Shown: positions 53,373-64,000 of the stretch, one piece after another | How positions within the stretch are numbered: position 1 is the first letter of the stretch | Layout of the letters: the number at the start of each line of letters is the position of its first letter | Assembly: GCA_973895155.1 (NCBI GenBank) | Contig: OZ316891.1 | Coordinates: 7,061,808-7,125,807 of the forward strand | DNA length: 64,000 nucleotides | Direction of reading: 5' to 3' | Origin: Marsupella aquatica | Lineage: Eukaryota; Plantae; Marchantiophyta | The notes under the pieces: model-generated | Databases searched by the model: none | Told to the model about the DNA's origin: nothing | Seen by the model: only the letters and a program-made list of their open reading frames with translations | Made by a program: the position numbers and the translations under genes

Positions 53373-53716
53373 TGTTAGATATTGCTCTAGTCTTGTGACT
53401 CATGAGCTAACCACAGTTAGTCTAATTCGGGTTAGGACTTAGCTAATGTTAGCGGTAGTGCTGGTGTGCATATAGCCAGGGCTGATGCCAGACCCTGGTG
53501 GAACTTAGGCTCATTGTTACGGAGCTAGTTGAGAGATAGGGAGAGCTTGTGCTATGGATGCTTGGTATGGCCGGTCGGCCTAGAGTGCAGTAAAGCTCTT
53601 GTGTGTTCCGGTGGACGTAGCCTCATGTGGAGGTGAACCACATATCTCTCTGTGTCGACTATTGTGCGTTGGATGGTTCATGGGCTTGCTGTTACGAATG
53701 TCGTCTATGCTCAAAA
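53373..53716 (+). repeat. 3' LTR (344 bp)
   Basis: Copy of 45256-45599. The terminal CA is mutated to AA and AATAAA is mutated to AGTAAA. Confidence 0.97.
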
Positions 53717-54699
53717 ATACTTAATACTCGAGTGCTTAATACTTAATACAGTAATTGTAGTATTGCACTAAGGACATAAATCAACATTTAATGTCCAAAA
53801 CTCGATATTCGATCCAGTGGAAGAACAAGAAAGGAATGATTTTCTATCATTTAACACTTATGAATGACTAAGATCACAAAAACACAGGTTTGAGCCTTTT
53901 ACTATGATTGCTCAGCAAGGCATAGATTTGAATGTTTGCTTAACATTGTAAATGCAATTAATAAAATGGAAATAAATAACAAAACACAATGAAATCTTGA
54001 GGTATGATGAGGGAGTCTAGAAAACACCAAGGTAACTTCTCATCAATACTTCATTTGATGTGATTTGGGTGGTAAATCCGTAGGAAAATTTCTGGAAGGG
54101 ATTACTGTACTAGGATGATTACTAAAATGTCGTCAACACGTCTCAACTTTTCATTTCAAAGGTACTCAGAAGAAACTAGTAATCAATCACTTCGATATCC
54201 AGTCGGTACTCTGAGTCACGAATAATAAACACCATCATGATCAAATTGAAGTCACAGATAAATAAATTGGTGAGTAACAATCTTTGCATCCGTGCACAAG
54301 CAATGTCATGCCAAAAACTATGTATCAAGAACTCAAGAAGATGGGTTGTCACCACTTAAGGAATCTATTCCCTCTTACTTCTAAGATTCAACTCCATACA
54401 AATAATTTTACTTCAATGATCTAAACTCTCAATCATTCAGACCAAGGAAGGGAGAAGAATTCATTTGCATTTGCAAGCTCCATACCATACAAAGACACAC
54501 GAAAGCTTTGCAAAGGTGATTACAGTGCTGCAGCACATGCCACAAGCACTTACTTTATTTCTTCACACTTGAAAATGACACAAATTCTACTTCATATAGG
54601 CTAGTAGGAACGCAAGGAGACTGAGAGATTGAAAGGACATGCCCTTTCATATCTAAAGGGTTTTGAATAAACTTAATGACGGTCATCCTTGAAAAGTGA

Positions 54700-55475
54700 A
54701 TGGACACTGCTGAAAGTGTCAAAAATGCAGGGACGCTTCTCAAAGCGTCGAGGTTTGAGCGGACGCTTTGCAAAGCGTCGGTGTTTGCGGTAAAACTAAT
54801 AAACAGTGATCTTAATCTAATTTTAACTTCTAAACTAAGAGTCGGAATGAGTTGAAACTTTTCTAGGGTACTCTACTACATCTAATCTCTATGCTGACAA
54901 TGTTTCAGACTTTTTTGAGATATCTAAGTATCTCAAATAAATCGGTAAAAGCGGCGCGGTGTTATAAAAGTGCGAAAACTGAACATTTTTCTAAGTGTCG
55001 GGAACATAGTGGACGCTACAGAAAACGTCCAAAACTACAAAGGACTTTTGTGGACGCTTCACAAAGCATCGGCTGAATTTTGAGGTTTTGGTCGCAGCGT
55101 CCATCTTCTGGTCTTCGAGCGGGATGCTTCTGTGGGCGTCGCAGTGTCGATGTCGCCTTTGGGGTGGCAGACACTTCTGAAAGCGTCGAAACTTGGTGGA
55201 CGCTTCCGAAAACATTGCTTCTCATGTGGACGCTTCTCAAAGCGTCGTGGTCTTGGGTGGATGCTTTTTAAAGCGTCCAAAAATACAAGGGACGCTTCAC
55301 AGCGCGTCGGCGAAGTCGCGACTATGCGAAAAATAGCAAAACTAAATTAATTCTAACTTTCAAACCACAAGTTGGTTTGAGCTGAAACTTTCAGAGATGA
55401 TTCTACTACGTAATTAGTACCTCTTGAAAAAGTATTAGACTTTTATGACCACTTTAGCTATTTAACTAAAATAGC
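54700..55475. repeat. Array of ~10 short palindromic units (ggacgct-N6-agcgtc) plus a duplicated ~140-bp block; DNA-transposon subterminal-like
   Basis: Units at ~54731, 54761, 55010, 55052, 55122, 55169, 55198, 55228, 55259 and 55290. The block ...gaatgagttgaaacttttc...ctactac...cagactttt occurs at 54795-54915 and 55340-55445. Confidence 0.7.
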
Positions 55476-56254
55476 AAAGATCGGCTGATTGTGACAATTG
55501 TATACAGAGCTCATTCTTGTTGAAGAAGTGTTTTGGAGTCCGGTTCTTGAATCTTCTAGTCTGCATTGCTTCTCCAATGATGTCCAGTCTTCTTTCTTGG
55601 TAGCATGTAAAGAGCAAGGATTTATATTGTCGATCCTTGTCCAATAGAGGCAATAGCCTCTGATGAAGCATAACATTAGGTAAAATGTTCAGTTGATCTA
55701 AATTGCTACAAAAGGTAACTAGATTGCACCTTTGAGTTATAAAAAGTTTAAAATTTATAAAATTTTCATCATTTCTAACTAATGTACAACATTACAATAA
55801 TCAAGTACTCCAATAATAAATACAGTACTAGAGTGTACTCACTATTCCAATACACTACTTGAATACAAAAATACAGTACTAGAATGTACTTAAAGTTCTG
55901 ATTGGCTTAAGAATATTTTGGGTATTCCAGTACTATATTTAACCACAACTGCCCTTCAAAAAGCTACGAGTTACCCATAGTTACCATTAAAAAAAAAAAT
56001 TTCCTGAATTGTGGAGCAAAGTGGCATGCTAGAGGAAAACATTGATTGAAATGTGAAAAAAGGGGGAGACCTTGGACACTTCCCTTTATATAGGGCAAGT
56101 TGTGGTTTAAACCACAAATACTAGTACAAGAGGCTGCGGGTTACCCGAAGTCCTCACAAATTTCTCGAGAGTGTGAGCCCATCATCGAAAAGCGCAGCTG
56201 CGCCTCTCCTGAACCATTCGATTTTCACTATAACTGTGCCTCTCCTATGTAGTC

Positions 56255-56760
56255 CGATCCGATCTATGGCTCAAAATATAGATCCTCAATGAGATCTACA
56301 TCTCACAAAAAAATGAGTCAAAAATATCTAATATTTTGTGAGAAATTGTGGAAAAACAAACGGTGCAATATGATTGGTTAAATTTAAATGTCGAATATTG
56401 GGGGGAAAAGAATATCTGAGCCGTGTGTCCTTATCATCTCCATGAATCTCATCCGTCCACTTTAATGGGCGATCTATGGCTCAAATGAAAGATCTCAATG
56501 ATATGTAGGGATGGGTTTTTTCCGTTTTAAAAATGGTTGAATACTTTTCAAATGAGAAATAAAACAAATCCAAGCCTTCTTGGCCGTCGATTTGGTCGCT
56601 GCTGAAATCTATACCATCCATTGTATTTTTCTAATAAAAATCTTGTCCGTCCATATTAAAAGGCGATTTACAGCACAAATGAAAGATCTCGTGGAGATCT
56701 ACGGCCTGGTGTTTTCCATTTCAAAAACGAGTACATACTTTTCAAAATAAAAATAAATGA
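56255..56760. repeat. ~200-bp degenerate tandem repeat, 3 copies (non-autonomous DNA-TE-like)
   Basis: cgatctatggctcaaa...agatctcaatga.at.ta at ~56260 and 56470, degenerate at 56664. Confidence 0.65.
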
Positions 56761-56902
56761 GTTTTAGTGTTTCCTCCTCTCCCTCCTGCCGGATACGTTT
56801 TTTTCAGTAAACTTTCATGTCCCTTTCTCTAGAGTCCCAGAACTTATTTCATGTCCCTTTATGGCCGTAGAGTCCCAAAACTTTTTAAGTACCAGGAGTT
56901 GG

Positions 56903-57597
56903 GGTTTACTCCAAAGTTCTACCAGGCTTTTCACTTCTCCCCTCACTAGGGTGTTAGCCTTCAGGGCTCCTTTGGAGATTCCTCTTTTTGCCCTTGCATT
57001 TTAGTTGGCTTTTGGTTGGTCCCCTTGGCTTGCTTCTTAGTTGGCTCCTTTGTAGATTCCTTTTGTTGCCCTTGCATTTTAGTTGGCTTTGGTTGGTCCC
57101 CTTGGCTTGCTTCTTAGTTGGCTCCTTTGTAGATTCCTTTTGTTGCCCTTGCATTTTAGTTGGCTTTTGGTTGGTCCCCTTGGCTTGTCGATTGGTTTTT
57201 TACGTATGAATGGTGGGAATATAGTCTTTATATATTTGGAGTAGGATTACGAAAATGCTTCTTAATAATTGGTTCTTATTTTGAATATTTTGTAAATAGT
57301 AATATGAAAATTATATGAAAAAAATTAGTAAATTTATACGGAGGAGGCAAAAATTTATATACTTTAGATTCAAGATGGAATTTCTTAGTTGGCTCCTTTG
57401 TAGATTCCTTTTGTTGCCCTTGCATTTTAGTTGGCTTTTGGTTGGTCCCCTTGATATGTTTTTCTTGGGGCCCTTTCAGTCTTTTCCTTCCCTTCTTCCC
57501 TTCGTTAGGTTGCTTTGCCTTTGGGATCATCTATCCACTTTAGGGGCATCCATCCAAGTTCAGCGTTTTTTGCCCTTTGGGCACCGTGATATATAAA
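56903..57597 (+). mobile_element. Copy of dispersed repeat family with an internal ~78-bp tandem expansion
   Basis: Start ggtttactccaaagttctaccaggcttttcacttctcc and end tgccctttgggcaccgtgatatata. Internal unit ggctcctttgtagattcctttt(t)gttgcccttgcattttagttggcttttggttggtccccttgg at 56965, 57043, 57120 and 57391. Confidence 0.75.
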
Positions 57598-57840
57598 AGT
57601 TGCGGTTTAAGGCAAATTGCATTTTTTGCCCTTTGGGCACCGTGATATATAAAAGTTGCGATTTAAGGCAAATTGCCCTTTGGGCACCGTGATATATAAA
57701 AGTCGCAGTTTAAGGCAAATTGCGTTTTTTACCCTTTGGGCACCGTGATATATAAAAGTTGCGGTTCAAGGCAAATTGCATTTTTTGCCCTTTCGGCACC
57801 GTGATATATAAAAGTTGCGGTATAAGGCAAATTTCTTTTT
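57571..57840. repeat. 56-bp tandem repeat, 5 copies, upstream of the ICS/PHYLLO gene
   Basis: tgccctttgggcaccgtgatatataaaagttgcggtttaaggcaaattgcattttt starting at 57571, 57627, 57674, 57730 and 57786; one copy is 9 bp shorter. Confidence 0.95.
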
Positions 57841-58326
57841 TGAGTGTGTTACTCGAATACCCGGAATATAGATCGCTTGCTGATTGAAGCATTGCGTTTC
57901 TCCCTGGGGATAAGAGCCCCTGTCGACGAACCAAATGCCATTGGAATCCACCAAATGCCATTGCAATCCGAGATGCAGCACTGAGCTCGAGCTCGATCGT
58001 GGAGCCGATGGCGATGGCGATAAGAAGGGCGCTGCCGACGAACCAATCGGCATAATTGCAGTCCTCCCAACGGCATTGCAATCCCAGACGCAGCAGCATT
58101 GAGCTCGAGCCGAGCTGATGCGAGTGCAGCAGCAGCAGCAGCAGCAGCTCCACTCTCGGCACGAGCTCAATGCCGACCTGACCTGCTGCAAAAAGCGAGC
58201 GGGGAGCTTTACCGAACCAGCGACGGGTGCTCGCCGAGGACCACCGAACACTTTGCATCAAACATTGCCTTCAAGTCGACTCGGAGGCTCTGGAGCAGGA
58301 GTGAGTGAGTTCGCTCTGACTGTCCC

Positions 58327-64000
<5,674 letters not shown>

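Larger units (their letters stand above)
45256..53716 (+). mobile_element. Ty1/copia LTR retrotransposon (Tnt1/Tork-like), full-length but non-functional, carrying a nested insert
   Basis: LTR pair 45256-45599 and 53373-53716; TSD ATACT at 45251-45255 and 53717-53721; PBS at ~45602; purine-rich PPT at ~53350-53372; domain order gag-INT-RT-RNaseH. Confidence 0.97.

Noticed and set aside
54731-55310. CRISPR-like look (palindromic repeats with variable spacers)
   Set aside because: Repeats are degenerate, spacers are mostly ~10 nt and irregular, there are no cas genes, and the context is plant nuclear TE-rich DNA.
57571-57840. Possible CRISPR array
   Set aside because: Whole units are repeated with no unique spacers, so it is a simple tandem repeat.

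Overview
Eukaryotic, intron-rich land-plant nuclear DNA with GT-AG introns and plastid-type transit peptides. The gene content and TE proteins look like a non-seed plant, possibly a liverwort or other bryophyte (inference). I reconstructed six spliced genes by hand: ferredoxin C2 (FdC2, minus) head-to-head with an organellar valyl-tRNA synthetase (plus, 27 exons); an unusually long COR27/COR28-like clock/cold regulator (minus); a MAGL/caffeoylshikimate-esterase-like hydrolase (minus) head-to-head with a divergent RFC3/RFC5-like AAA+ paralog (plus); and an isochorismate synthase (MenF) gene with a PHYLLO-like N-terminus that runs off the window end. A full-length but decayed Ty1/copia element (45256-53716; 344-bp LTRs, ATACT TSD, Met-tRNA PBS) has lost its gag zinc knuckle and protease. 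In their place is a 2.8-kb TG...CA-bounded insert with no TSD, which carries its own ~550-codon accessory ORF beginning with a histone-H3-tail-like MARMK. This nested insert is the most unusual object in the window. The intergenic DNA holds a dispersed ~270-700 bp repeat family (4 copies), many local tandem duplications and DNA-transposon-like palindromic arrays. No tRNA, rRNA or CRISPR was found.
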